Positions 12,544 through 24,850 are shown, numbered from the whole stretch's first letter. The stretch is DNA of 63,965 nucleotides, filler included, from Octopus bimaculoides (GCF_001194135.2; 8 parts of 5 records of this genome joined end to end with filler, not necessarily neighbours in it); one strand, 5' to 3'. Notes: generated from the sequence alone by a model not told the origin. Numbers and translations are program-made.

Positions 12544-13789
12544 CTGAAATTAAAAATAATATAATATAATTAAATAATTACATTTTCCTTCTATGTTAGT
12601 GTAGTTTTTATTCAAACATACATTGAAATATATTGCATCTTGACTGCTTCCGTTTTCTTTTCTTTACTAAAATAGTCTTTATCCTAAATTATGCAACCAT
12701 GTTCTTTTGGTGGATCAGATACACCCAACAGATTATAAATATAAATGCACCAAATTATAAATCGATCTAGAAAGTTTCATATAACGTTGAGAACCATGCA
12801 GACAAATTAGATTTTCAAGTGTTCAGATTTATCAATTTAGTTTTAAACTTGCCTACCTACTTTCAGTTGCAAACGACAATATATAATTTTACTATAGAAA
12901 TTCCTCCATAGACCACGTTCTATTTTCAATTTGAGGTGCATTGACAGAATTGTTAGAGCGTCGGATAAAATGCCTTCTCGTATTTGTTTATGTATAGAGT
13001 TTCATCAACAAAGGTCAAATATGGTTTTCATTCATTTGTGGTCGACGAAACAAAGTACCAGCCAAGTAATGGAGTGTAGCCCTCTGCCTCCAGGATTTTT
13101 CATGTTCCGTTGGGCTAAGGATGCTAAGTCAGACAAGGTATCTGTGTATGCTCGTGGCTACATGAAGCAAGTCTTATTCGACTGCGAGAGACGACGAGGT
13201 TTCTTCAATTTATTTTTTTTTAGTGTAATAGTCACGCCCGGTGCTTAATAAACGAGCAAAGCTCTTTTATGGATATAGATATATTTACGTATATGTATTT
13301 TTTATGTGAATATGTCTAACTTCGTAATCTTCAATGTTACTTCGGTTCATTTGATAGTATATAGATTTTTTTAGCACGCCGATGTGCCTCATATAGATAT
13401 GAACAGTGGACAAAGACTCAATGCCTTTAGATATATCTAAAAAAAAAACAGCAGGGCAAACGAATAGGTTCGTTGCGTTCGTTGTCTCTAGTGTGTGTAT
13501 TCTACGCCTTTATAAATCCTAACCTACCGTCCCAGTATAGCACTACGCTGATTTTGTTGCTTCGACCCTTCAGTTCATTAGAGAGCAATAATCTCATCAA
13601 CTTGCAGATTTAAGCTCCCATTAAAGCTGCACATGGTGCATAAAATTCCCAACTTCCCTACATCTTTCTTTTTATTTACCAAAATCTTTTTCTTGCTAAA
13701 GAGAATAGAACTTCAAGCATCGTATGCCAGTACCATCAGTTGTTCTCCTATACTACAGACGATATATATATTCTTTTATTCTTTTATTT

Positions 13790-14115
13790 TATCCAGTCAT
13801 TTGACATGCGGCCATGCTGGGGCACCGCCTTATTGGGTCTTTAGTCGAAGAAATAGATGCCAGGACTTATGTAAGCCTAGTACTTATTCTATCGGCCTGT
13901 TTTGCCGAACTGCTAGTTCCAGGGACGTACACACACTAACATCGGTTGTCAAGTGATAGTGGGGGCACACACACACACATACACCCCCACACGCACCCCC
14001 ACACACATAACGGGCTTCTTTCAGTTTCTGCCTACCAAATCCACTCACAAAGCTCTAACTGGCCCGATGCTATAGAAAAGACACATGCCCAAGGTGCCAC
14101 GCAGCAGAACCATGT
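13790..14115 (-). mobile_element. SINE family B copy
   Basis: Reverse complement of the family B consensus seen at 31626-32047, with an internal CA tract. Confidence 0.8.
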
Positions 14116-14358
14116 GTTTAGGAAACACACGCCTGTATGTATGTATGTATGTATGTATGTATGTATGTACGTACGTATGTACGTATGTACGTATGTATGT
14201 ATGTATGTATGTATGTATGTATGTATGTGTGTTTGTGTGTGTGTGTGTATGCTGTGTAAACTTGGATGAAACTGTCGCAAACACGAGAGCTAGAAGCATC
14301 TGTAACGTGAAATACGAAATCTAAGGATCTCATTTGATTTTGACTGGAGTATACTTAC

Positions 14359-14501
14359 GTAGCAAGCGCCGGTGTCTCCGTATCCAACACACACTTGTTG
14401 GTCTAAAACGCTGATATCCACTCGGCCCCACATGGATTTACACGCTCCGTTCGGTACAATGTTGACTTGTAATTCGTTCAACCCATTCGTTTCACCACTT
14501 C
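14359..14501 (-). CDS. S1A serine protease, penultimate exon (GSGETNGLNELQVNIVPNGACKSMWGRVDISVLDQQVCVGYGDTGACY)
   Basis: Overlaps ORF 14290..14511. Acceptor TTCAG|, donor TAC|GTAAGT. 143 bp, phase 1 to phase 0, matching both neighbouring exons. Contains Cys168, Cys182 and Cys191 equivalents. Confidence 0.96.
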
Positions 14502-14701
14502 CTGAATGCAAGGACGAAATATTAAAGTGTTATTTTTGTTTAAATGAAGGGATGGTTGGGGAAAGCATGAAGACATGTAATTTCGACAGAAGCCGATAAA
14601 ATAATTACCGACAATATGCAGTGCCGACGATACGGCATTGCATTATAAAATTATAATCTTTTTTCTAGATATCTCAGACAACTTCGACATCATGATCCTT
14701 A

Positions 14702-14847
14702 TCTTCTTCTTCTTCTTCTTCTTCTTCTTCTTCTTCTTCTTCTTCTTCTTCTTCTTCTTCTTCTTCTTCTTCTTCTTCTTCTTCTTCTTCTTCTTCTTCT
14801 TCTTCTTCTTCTTCTTCTTCTTCTTCTTCTTCTTCTTCTTCTTCTTC
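14702..14847. repeat. Pure (TTC)n microsatellite
   Basis: Uninterrupted TTC run, source of the poly-F/K/E ORFs. Confidence 0.97.
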
Positions 14848-15470
14848 AGGCGACGAGCTGGTAGAATTGTTAGCACACCGGGCGAAATACTTTGCGACAT
14901 TTCGTCCGCCTTTACGTTCTGAGTTCAAATTCCACCGAGGTCGACTTTACCTTTCATCTTTTCGGGATCGATAAAATAAGTACCAGTGAAATACCGGGGT
15001 CGATGTAATCGACTAGTCTCCTTCCTCCGATTTTCACGCCTTGTGCTTTTAGTAGAAAGGATTATTATTATTGTTATTAAGGCGGCTCTTTACGTTCAAG
15101 ATTCGAATTTTGCCGTAATCGACTTTCCTTTTCATCTTTTTAGGGTCGATAAAATAAGTACCAGTTGAACACTGGGGTCGATATAACCGATTAGTTGCCC
15201 CCTCCTCCAAAATTGCTGACCTTATGACAAAATTTGAAACCATTAAGGCGACAGTGAGCTGGCAGAATCATCAACACGCTGGACAATTTGCTTAGCGTCA
15301 TTTCGTCCGTTGCTAACGGACTCCAAATTCTGCCGAAGTCGACTTGTCTTTTCATCCTTTCGGGATCGATAAAATAAAGTAGCTGTTGAGCATTGGGATC
15401 AATGTAATCGACTACCCACTTCCTTCTAAAATTCAGGCCTTGTACCTTTAGTAGAAAGGAGTATTATTAT
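14848..15470 (+). mobile_element. Three head-to-tail SINE family A copies
   Basis: Units start near 14848, 15075 (5'-truncated) and 15245, each ending in an ATT-type tail. Confidence 0.85.
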
Positions 15471-15565
15471 TGTAGTTGTCTTTGTGAGGAGCGAATGTTT
15501 TTAACAGAGCTCTACATGATTGTATGTGGAGGCGCAATGGCCCAGTGGTTAGGGCAGCGGACTCG

Positions 15566-15852
15566 TGGTTATAGGATCGCAGTTTCGATTCCCAGACCGG
15601 GCGTTGTGAGTGTTTATTGAGCGAAAACACCTACAGCTCCACGAGGCTCCGGCAGGGGATGGTGGTGAACCCTGCTGTACTCTTCCACCACAACTTTCAC
15701 TCATTCTTTCTTCCTGTTTCTGTTGTGCCTGTAATTCAAAGGGTCAGCCTTGTCACAATGTGTCACGCTGAATATCCCCGAGAACTACGTTAAGAGTACA
15801 CGTGTCTGTGGAGTGCTCAGCCACTTGCACGTTAATTTCACGGGCAGGCTGT
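15566..15852 (+). mobile_element. tRNA-derived SINE family C (Arg-like head)
   Basis: A-box TGGCCCAGTGG and B-box GTTTCGATTCC. The body (gtggagtgctcagccacttgcacgttaatttcacg) recurs inverted at about 4210-4400. Confidence 0.8.
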
Positions 15853-16990
15853 NNNNNNNNNNNNNNNNNNNNNNNNNNNNNNNNNNNNNNNNNNNNNNNN
15901 NNNNNNNNNNNNNNNNNNNNNNNNNNNNNNNNNNNNNNNNNNNNNNNNNNNNNNNNNNNNNNNNNNNNNNNNNNNNNNNNNNNNNNNNNNNNNNNNNNNN
16001 NNNNNNNNNNNNNNNNNNNNNNNNNNNNNNNNNNNNNNNNNNNNNNNNNNNNNNNNNNNNNNNNNNNNNNNNNNNNNNNNNNNNNNNNNNNNNNNNNNNN
16101 NNNNNNNNNNNNNNNNNNNNNNNNNNNNNNNNNNNNNNNNNNNNNNNNNNNNNNNNNNNNNNNNNNNNNNNNNNNNNNNNNNNNNNNNNNNNNNNNNNNN
16201 NNNNNNNNNNNNNNNNNNNNNNNNNNNTAAACACATTTATAAAATAAATATTTTACAAATAAAAATGAGAAAACAAATAATTGAAAACGTTAATTTTAAC
16301 AACAAAGACAACAACAGTAACAACAGTAACTCCTCATTGGCAAGTGTTGCAAGCCAGAGAAAGACACTGGGCTAAAAAAAAAGGAAGAAAGAAAGAAGAA
16401 AAGTGGAAAGTGTATGTTACAGAGGAATGGGTGAGAAGGGAAATAATGTACACCTGTTTCGGAGTGGGTACTTCAATATAGCATGTAAGAAACATTTAGA
16501 GAAAACACTAGCCGGTGTGTGATACAATACGTGGTTTATCGACCGTTGCAGAGCATTTGGAAGCATGTTTATCCCCGAAGACATTGTAAGAATATAGGCG
16601 GAACTGGTACACCATACATCTATACACATACTGGTGCCACAACATATAGTGGTTCAAAACTCTAGGATCACCACTAGGAACATCAATACGGACGTTGACC
16701 GGTAACTCTCCGTAACTTCTGTGATACGATGGTGAGTGCGAAGCTAACTTGCAACAACATGTAGATGCGTGGGTCTACATGAATATGTATAATTTAATGG
16801 CATCCAAAGAACACAAGGCTTTGCCAGAATGGTCCCCATTGCGAGGAAAGATAGGAAGACACCTCGGCACACGACCGGTCAGCCGAAGACGGGCGGCCCA
16901 CGAGGGCATGGCTATGCCACCGAGACCGGCGGCCCGCGTGCAGTAATGCGAATGCTGCATTGTATGCTATGCCAGTTGTGTGCCCTCTCA

Positions 16991-17076
16991 AAAGTCGGAT
17001 TAAAGTCAAGCTCAACAGGGTTTTCTTTTCCTCGTCGATCCGTTCAAGGCCGTTCTCTTGACTGTGGTTTTGCCAG
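16991..17076 (-). pseudogene. Decayed 28S rRNA fragment
   Basis: Reverse complement GCAAAACCACAGTCAAGAGAACGGCCTTG...AAAGAAAACCCTGTTGAGCTTGACTTTAATCCGAC aligns by eye with conserved eukaryotic 28S GCGAAACCACAGCCAAGGGAACGGGCTTG...AAAGAAGACCCTGTTGAGCTTGACTCTAG. Differences are mostly transitions. Confidence 0.85.
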
Positions 17077-17789
17077 AATCGAACTACTCTTGGCTTTTCT
17101 GTTCAAAGGAGAACAAGCAGAAGATGAAAGAAGAGAGTGAACAACAGTAGAGGCAGTAATACAACAACAATCCTTAAGAGTAAGAAACATAGCTTCTACT
17201 GGTTCACTAACGGTTACTATTCCGAGGATAACCAGAGCGGAAAAAAAAAATCACTTCTAGATTGGAGTTACAAGCAGCATGGACCAGCGAAGAAGCAGAA
17301 TGTCAGAAAGTCAAGCGATTTAGTTGCTCAGCTTAGAGCTGGCCAGTATTACTACTCTATTGTCTTATACTAATGTTGAGGTGGGGGGAACAGTAAAAAA
17401 AGAAAATAAAGTATACTGAGGGGAGCTCACCCACACTGAGTGCCTTAAGTTTACGGAATCAGTGATTTGATCAATTTGATGTTAGAACTGAAAGAGAATC
17501 AACCAATTAATATGTTGATTGCAGGCGAGATAGAGGATCAGTAACAGGTTTCTCAAGATACATGTTTGCAAGTAATGTAATTAACATGAAGTTCAAAGTT
17601 ATCTTCTTTGCTTTTCTTGACAAGGATTAATCATTAATGCTAATGATTTTCTCTGTGTGTGTAATAGACTAACCTTCTCACCACAAAAATTTCAGGCCTT
17701 TTGCCTATGGTAGAAAAAAATGATTAACGGCAAAAGGAAACATAGAAACAAAGACAGAAATTGATAATAATAATAATAACAACAACAAC

Positions 17790-19231
17790 AAAAACAACAA
17801 CAACAGCAACAATAATAATCTTACAGAACTCCAACGAATTAAAAACTGAATTCAACTCCAAAAATCGCATCGAAGCCATTAACACAATGACTCTTCCAGT
17901 AGCCCAATACAGTTTGAACATCATTAACTGGAATCTTACAGAACTGCAACGCCTGGACAAGAAAAGAAAACTACTAAAATCTAAGAACATGCTCTACTCA
18001 AAAGCAGACGTTGATCGTCTGCACCTACCTAGAAGTAATAGGGGAAGAAGAATGATGCAGGTAGAACTGAGCTGTAAGACCTCCACAATAGCAATGAACA
18101 AGTACTTATCTAGTACAGAAGACTGGAAACTGCCGCTTATGTGCAAACACGAAAGCAGCAAAAAGTCACATTCTATTGTCAAGGAAGCTTGCAAATTCGC
18201 AAGGGAACTTGGCATTATCCCTGAATTAGATGAAGAACCTGAAACCACTGCCACAACACAAGCAAAACGGATCAAACAGACTGCAAAAAAGAACGGGCAG
18301 AGATAAATTGAGGAGTGGTCAGTCAAAAACCACTGCATGGACAGTATATACTTCGAAGCCGAAATGCTGATGTAGACCAAGTAACATCCCGTCAGTGACT
18401 GAGAAGCTGAGGACTGAAAGCAGAGACTGAAAGTTTCATATTGGTGGCACAAAATCAAAGCTTGCTTACCAAAAACTAACAGGCTATCGTTCTGACCCTA
18501 AATGCAGATTCTGCGGTAAATTTGATGAAACAATAGACCTTTTCGTCTCGGGATGCCCTATGCTGACACTAAACGAATACTAAAATCGCCACGATAGGGT
18601 AGGACAGTATTTACATTGGAAAATATGTAACACTACAAAATCAGCACTCCTGCTTACTGGTATGAACATCATCTTGAGCCAGTCGTTGAAGGTAAAAATG
18701 TCACGATCCTCTAGGATTTTCCAGTCAACACCGACAGAAAAATCCAGGCTAATCGACCAGACATAGGCATTAAAGACAGAGAAGAAAATACTTGTAAACT
18801 AATAATTGTAAGGGTTCCCACTGATAAAAATATATCTGTAAAGGAATTTGACAAATTAAGTAAAGATAAGGACCTGAAAATTGAAATACAAAAGATGTGG
18901 AAACTTAAAGTGAGAACCGTTCCTGTTATTGTGGGTGCCCTAGGTATGATAAGAAAGGGATGTCAGAAACATCTAGATAAATATCCCAGGAGAACCATGT
19001 CTCAGAAAAATCCTAAAGATTGTGCTGACAAGTACTGCCCACATCCTTAGAAAAACACTATCAATTTAAATGTATGCGTTGTATTACATGAAGATATTTC
19101 GCTACTGCCCCTACCACTTGCCCTCCCCAAGCGTTCAGTAATTCTGTAAAATCTCTTGGCCTTCACTCGCTCTATGACGCTGGGTGTGTCTCGGCGAGTG
19201 ATTGTAACAAACATGCAGATTAAAAGTAAAT

Positions 19232-19270
<39 letters not shown>

Positions 19271-19310
19271 AATAACAATAATAATAATAATAATAATAAT
19301 GATAATAGTA
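17790..19310 (+). mobile_element. R4/Dong-like retrotransposon 3' portion (post-RT, CCHC, restriction-like endonuclease, 3'UTR, (CAA/TAA)n tail), antisense within a protease intron
   Basis: PVAQYSLNIINW, DVDRLHLPRSNRG, CRFCGKFDETID...GCP, NRHDRVGQYLHWKIC, ANRPDI, DLKIEIQKMWKLKVRTVPVIVGALG. Flanked by AAT/AAC repeats on both sides. Confidence 0.9.
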
Positions 19311-19377
19311 AACATAACGAAGTCGGAAATAGTCATTGCACATGAAATACAGATAATGTTTAAGTATCAAATTTTAC

Positions 19378-19552
19378 CTCTAGTTTCACCCCAGCCACTG
19401 ATCCAGCAATTCTTTTCTTTGAATAACTGAGTTGTCTCTAATGGCGGTAAACAAGCCATCCGAATGTTAGTATCGTAAGTATTAACTGGTTCATCAAGTT
19501 GTAACATTGCAATATCATTCGGGAAGTTGCTGGCCCGTTCGTAACCGGGATG
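19378..19552 (-). CDS. S1A serine protease, internal exon carrying catalytic Asp102 (HPGYERASNFPNDIAMLQLDEPV...MACLP...NCWISGWGETR)
   Basis: Manual translation gives HPxY...NDIAML, ACLP and CWISGWG motifs. Acceptor CTATTAG| at 19553-54, donor G|GTAAAA at 19377-76. 175 bp, phase 0 to phase 1. Confidence 0.96.
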
Positions 19553-19816
19553 CTAATAGATGGAAGTAAAAGGATAAAAAAGTAAAAAGAACGTTAGAAG
19601 AAAAATTGAAACAATTACATTGGAAATTGTGTTAAATAAATAAATAAATGGTTATATTCGTAACTAAACTCGAACTGAGATTCGTTTATAGGCAAAATAA
19701 ATAAATATAATAAAAATAGAAAAAAACAACTTTAAAAATATTGAGGATCTAAGCTTGGTGAATGAACGGGATGATCTCTGTCTGTCATGATATTTTTCTG
19801 TCTCTTCCTATCTTCC

Positions 19817-19860
<44 letters not shown>

Positions 19861-20036
19861 ACACACATATTTATATAATACATACATACATACATACACA
19901 GACACATATATTTATATATATTTATATTATTTAATAAACACAATATATGTTTTTATGTTCTACCATTAGTTTCATGTGCTGAGAACTTATCAAACAATGT
20001 TTTATAACACATCTAGTGTCCCGGCACACACACACA

Positions 20037-20094
<58 letters not shown>

Positions 20095-21243
20095 TGCAAC
20101 ATCGATTTTCCAGAACCTTTGGATCCAAAGTCTTTCCTAATTACTGATTTTCCCGTCCAGGGGTGATTAACTTGGTCAACACACTCTAAATTAAACGAAC
20201 ATCAAATAATTAAATTAAGTAATTAAATGAAAAACAGGTAACTGGTACCAGTTTATTAACATTATACTGTGCAAGGTACTAATAACCAAATCTGGCGGCT
20301 GTGGAAATTTCAAGCAGCTACTCGTACACTGGTGTATATATATATATATAATAATAATAATATATTATTATTAATATCAGGAAATCAATATTGGAAAATT
20401 CATCGGAAAGATATATACATATGTAGAGTAATTGTTGTATTAAAACTATATGTAAAAATCTATGTAAATATGTATAAGTATAAATATATAATATAATAAT
20501 AATAAATATGTCAGTTTAAAAATTTTGAATTAGGTTTTAAATTATCTTACGATCGTTTCACATATATACATATACATATATATATATATATATTCATGTA
20601 CATATATATATATGTATATCTACATATATATATATTTATAATCATAAATTATTACTAATTGACGATTCCCTGCCCTGCATATCTATATATATATATTTAT
20701 ATATATACATGTGTATAAGAAGGGATGTCCACTAAGTGGACATCCAATATGCTAGAAAGAGGTCATCAACGACCCAACCACAAAAAAAATAATGTTCTCC
20801 AGAAAAATTTCGCAAAACACCAGAACAAGACAACATGAGAAATATACAGAATAAAGAATTAATTGTGTATACCGCGCTTTCGAACATTAACGTTTTACTT
20901 ACGTAACAACATCCGTGTTCTCATCAGCACAATCGTTCTAGAATCAATATAATTTGCAGAACTATACACGAATTATCTTCATGAAATAAGAATTGCGTAC
21001 AGTTCTACCGATTACATTGGGGTTATTTTTCAAAATGCCTCAGCTCTGGCGCGCCAAATTCCGGAAACAATTCTGCAGAGAATAATTCACTGCAGTATAT
21101 GTTGCCGGCTGGAGAACATAACTATTTAAATTATTATTTATATATAGAGGGTGATAAATTGAATATTAATTCAATTTAAAATCAAGTGGCCTAGCATATA
21201 AAAAAATCTGAAAATTCAGAAAAATTACACCACATGTGTATAA

Positions 21244-21343
21244 NNNNNNNNNNNNNNNNNNNNNNNNNNNNNNNNNNNNNNNNNNNNTTAATTAATTAAN
21301 NNNNNNNNNNNNNNNNNNNNNNNNNNNNNNNNNNNNNNNNNNN
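21244..21343. other. Artificial 100-bp scaffold spacer N44-TTAATTAATTAA-N44 (also at 28158, 38543, 42768, 44684, 58881, 62683)
   Basis: Seven identical 100-bp blocks. The palindromic 12-mer puts a TAA stop in all six frames. Confidence 0.95.
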
Positions 21344-21344
21344 C

Positions 21345-21748
21345 GTATCTTCACCTGATAACAAAAACAACAAGCGCACTCAGACAGAGCAAACCCCCGC
21401 CAAGGCAACACCAACGTTCTCTCAACGATTAGCTGGAGATGATTAGATCTTTAAAATGAGAATATCTGAAATTAACTCGACTGCTCTCACAAACGAGAAT
21501 ACTAATAATGAATCTGGCCGCTCTCAAACGATGGGTAAAAAAACAGGAAAAATAATCCAGAATCCTTCTCCGGTACCGGATCGATCCCAAAATCTAATCA
21601 GTTCGTGCCAGTCACGAGGCCGAACATCTCTGAAAGTTTCATCCGAATCCATCCAGCGGTTCTTGAGATATCTTGTCCACGGATAAAACAAACAAACACG
21701 ACTGAAAACAATACCGCCACCTTCGCTAAGGCGGAGGGAATAATAATA
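21345..21748. mobile_element. Non-autonomous Helentron/HINE-like element
   Basis: Sub-terminal motif CCCCCGCCAAGG near the left end and a terminal stem-loop CCGCC(A)CCTT-CGCT-AAGGCGG near the right end. The body resembles a widespread metazoan family as I recall it (aaagtttcatccgaatccatccagcggttcttgagatatc). Confidence 0.55.
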
Positions 21749-21904
21749 TTTCTTTAAACTGTAGACAAAAGGCCTGAGAAATGGGAGAGGAATAAGTTAA
21801 TTACATCGACCCCAGTATTCAACTGGTACACATGTTATCGATCTTGAAAGGATGAAAGGCAAAATCAACCTCAGCAGAATTTGAACACAGAACGTAAAAA
21901 CGTA

Positions 21905-22370
21905 CGAAATGCTGTATGGCACTGGAATCCTGAAGAGGACAGCGAAGAAGCTAAAGAAGTTGGACAGGAAGCTCCTAATGATACAAGGAACCCATCATTC
22001 ACGTGCAGACACGGATCGCCTCTACATGAAGAAAGCAAATGGAAGAAAGGGGCTGATAAGTGCGGAAGGCTGCGTAATTATCGAACTCTGGAGCTTAATG
22101 AGATACCTAACCCAAAGTAGGGAAACCTTGTTAGAGTCAGTTATGAATGGGGAACTATTGAAAGCAGAGAATAAAAAAGGAAAAACAAAGGAAGAAGTAC
22201 AAAAAGCACATGAAGAAGAATTCCGCAAGAAGAGACTACACAATCAAGTTCATGTAGCCACAAGAGAAGTTGCTGGAAAACAAAGCTGGGATTGGTTGAA
22301 GAAAGAAACATTGAAAAAAAAAGAGATTGAGCGCACTATACTAGCAGCTCAAGGCCAAGTGGTGGGTAGA
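21905..22370 (+). mobile_element. R4/Dong-like retroelement fragment (post-RT region)
   Basis: ORF 21909: ELKKLDRK-like segment, HHSRADTDRLYMKKANGRKGLIS, ILAAQGQ. Same family motifs as 17790-18450. Confidence 0.8.
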
Positions 22371-23734
22371 GAGAGCCAAGACCTGGTATGAGAACAAAAA
22401 GTCGGAGACTTACAAAATCCTCTGTGGGAAATCTGTTATTTTCCAATCCAAACAGGTCAGGTGTATAGTTTATCTCGAACAAGCAAAGTTCCTCAATAGT
22501 ACTGCCAGGCTAGAGATTTTTAGAAGTTATCCATTGGTTCCGAGCCGAAAGTTCTCCCGAAAAGAGCGGCTAGTTGTTCTTCTTCGACGACCAAAGTCTC
22601 CCCAATTCTTGTTTTTATTTATATATTTACTTACTTGCTTATTTCATTCGTTTATTTGGATCACTTACACATATGACTGTAATCAATTAATAAATCGATA
22701 TAATTGAATGTTTGCTGGCTGATGTTTGTCGATTGTTTATCCTCTCCATTTTCTTATTTGCCTTATATATATATATATTTTTTTTTTTCGCCATGAACGG
22801 TTTGTGTTTTTAAACAGAATGTATTTTTTTCTGATGTTATATCTGTTCCTGAATGATGTGTAAAGAAATTTTGATTTAAGCACCTTAATGAATTCTTTAT
22901 ACTGAAATATATATTGAAGAAGATAAATATGTTCTTTTGAATTTATACGTTTTTGCGTCGTAACTCCTTTATTATTATTAATATATATATATNNNNNNNN
23001 NNNNNNNNNNNNNNNNNNNNNNNNNNNNNNNNNNNNNNNNNNNNNNNNNNNNNNNNNNNNNNNNNNNNNNNNNNNNNNNNNNNNNNNNNNNNNNNNNNNN
23101 NNNNNNNNNNNNNNNNNNNNNNNNNNNNNNNNNNNNNNNNNNNNNNNNNNNNNNNNNNNNNNNNNNNNNNNNNNNNNNNNNNNNNNNNNNNNNNNNNNNN
23201 NNNNNNNNNNNNNNNNNNNNNNNNNNNNNNNNNNNNNNNNNNNNNNNNNNNNNNNNNNNNNNNNNATATATATACTCACATAAACACGTTGGCATAGCTG
23301 TGTGGTTAAGAAGATCGCTTCGCAGCCAAATGAGTTCGGGTTCAGTCCCGCTCCGTGGGACCTTAGGCCCAAGCTGACAAAGAGCTTGTAAGTGAATGTG
23401 GTACTCGGAAACTCTAAGAAGCCCGTCGTAGATCTGTATGTTTATGTGCGTCTCTCTATGTGGTGGTCCCTCACCATTTCACAACTGATGTTGGTTTGTT
23501 TACGTCCATGAAAATTAGCAGTTCGTTAAATGAAATCGATAAAATAAGTATCACATTTAGAATAAGTACTGGGATCGATTTTTCAATTAACTCTATGCGG
23601 CGCTGCTCCAGTATGACCGCAGTCCTGCATACATATAGATATACATACTGAAATACATATGTACATACGTGTATACACTCACACATGTACATATAATCAT
23701 ACAGACATACATATGTAGAGACATACACATATAC

Positions 23735-24050
23735 TCACATGGTTCAATGGACTCACAATCATGAGGTAGTGATTTCGATTCCCAGATCGAGCTGTGTGTT
23801 GTGTTCTTGAGCAAGACACTTTATTTCACGTTGCACCAGTTCACTCATCTGTAGGAATGGTTTGCGACGCCACTGGTGCCAAGCTGTATCGGCCCCTTTG
23901 CCTTTCCCTTGATTAGCATCGGTGGCGTGAAGAGGGGAGGCTGGTAAGCGTTGGGCGACTGCTGGTCCTCTATAAATAACCTTGCTCGGACTTGTGCCTC
24001 AGATGGGCACTTTCTAGGGGAAATCCCATGGTCGTTCATGGTGGAAAAGG
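23735..24050 (+). mobile_element. tRNA-derived SINE family D
   Basis: Head ggactcacaatcatgaggtagtgatttcgattccc followed by ttgagcaagacactttatttcacg. A head fragment recurs inverted at about 9130-9230. Confidence 0.65.
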
Positions 24051-24156
24051 AGAGGGGGTCTTTACTCTTACACTCACATGCATACATGTATTCATATAGA
24101 TATACATATGTACAAACACTCACATACACACGCTTATATACACACACACACATACT

Positions 24157-24200
<44 letters not shown>

Positions 24201-24510
24201 TACATACATAAACCACCCCTTAAGTAATAATAATGCTACTGATATTCCACCCGGATTTAACTTTATATTTCTTTGAATAGTCACCAAATAATACAAATCG
24301 CGGGTCGCCAAAAATAACATAACATTGTATATTGAATATCATTAACGGAGCGGTGAAAATATGCAAAACATGTAGTTAAACCTGCTGTTTGTATATATGA
24401 CACTCATTTGATCTTGTCACACAAAAAAGGTCAATGACGAAGCGATGCAAGGATACATGTATATATGTGTAGATGCATATAAGTGTAAATATGCGTGTGT
24501 GCGTGTGTGC

Positions 24511-24560
<50 letters not shown>

Positions 24561-24818
24561 NNNNNNNNNNNNNNNNNNNNNNNNNNNNNNNNNNNNNNNN
24601 NNNNNNNNNNNNNNNNNNNNNNNNNNNNNNNNNNNNNNNNNNNNNNNNNNNNNNNNNNNNNNNNNNNNNNNNNNNNNNNNNNNNNNNNNNNNNNNNNNNN
24701 NNNNNNNNNNNNNNNNNNNNNNNNNNNNNNNNNNNNNNNNNNNNNNNNNNNNNNNNNNNNNNNNNNNNNNNNNNNNNNNNNNNNNNNNNNNNNNNNNNNN
24801 NNNNNNNNNNNNNNNNNN

Positions 24819-24850
<32 letters not shown>

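Noticed and set aside
14616-14643. 11-bp stem hairpin atgcagtgccg/cggcattgcat in the intron, plus a 10-bp palindrome at about 20723-20745
   Set aside because: Too short to interpret without a matching element end.
20095-20190. Possible upstream protease exon CVDQVNHPWTGKSVIRK...
   Set aside because: Has AG/GT ends but lacks the expected V.LG.H...V..I pattern before HPGY.
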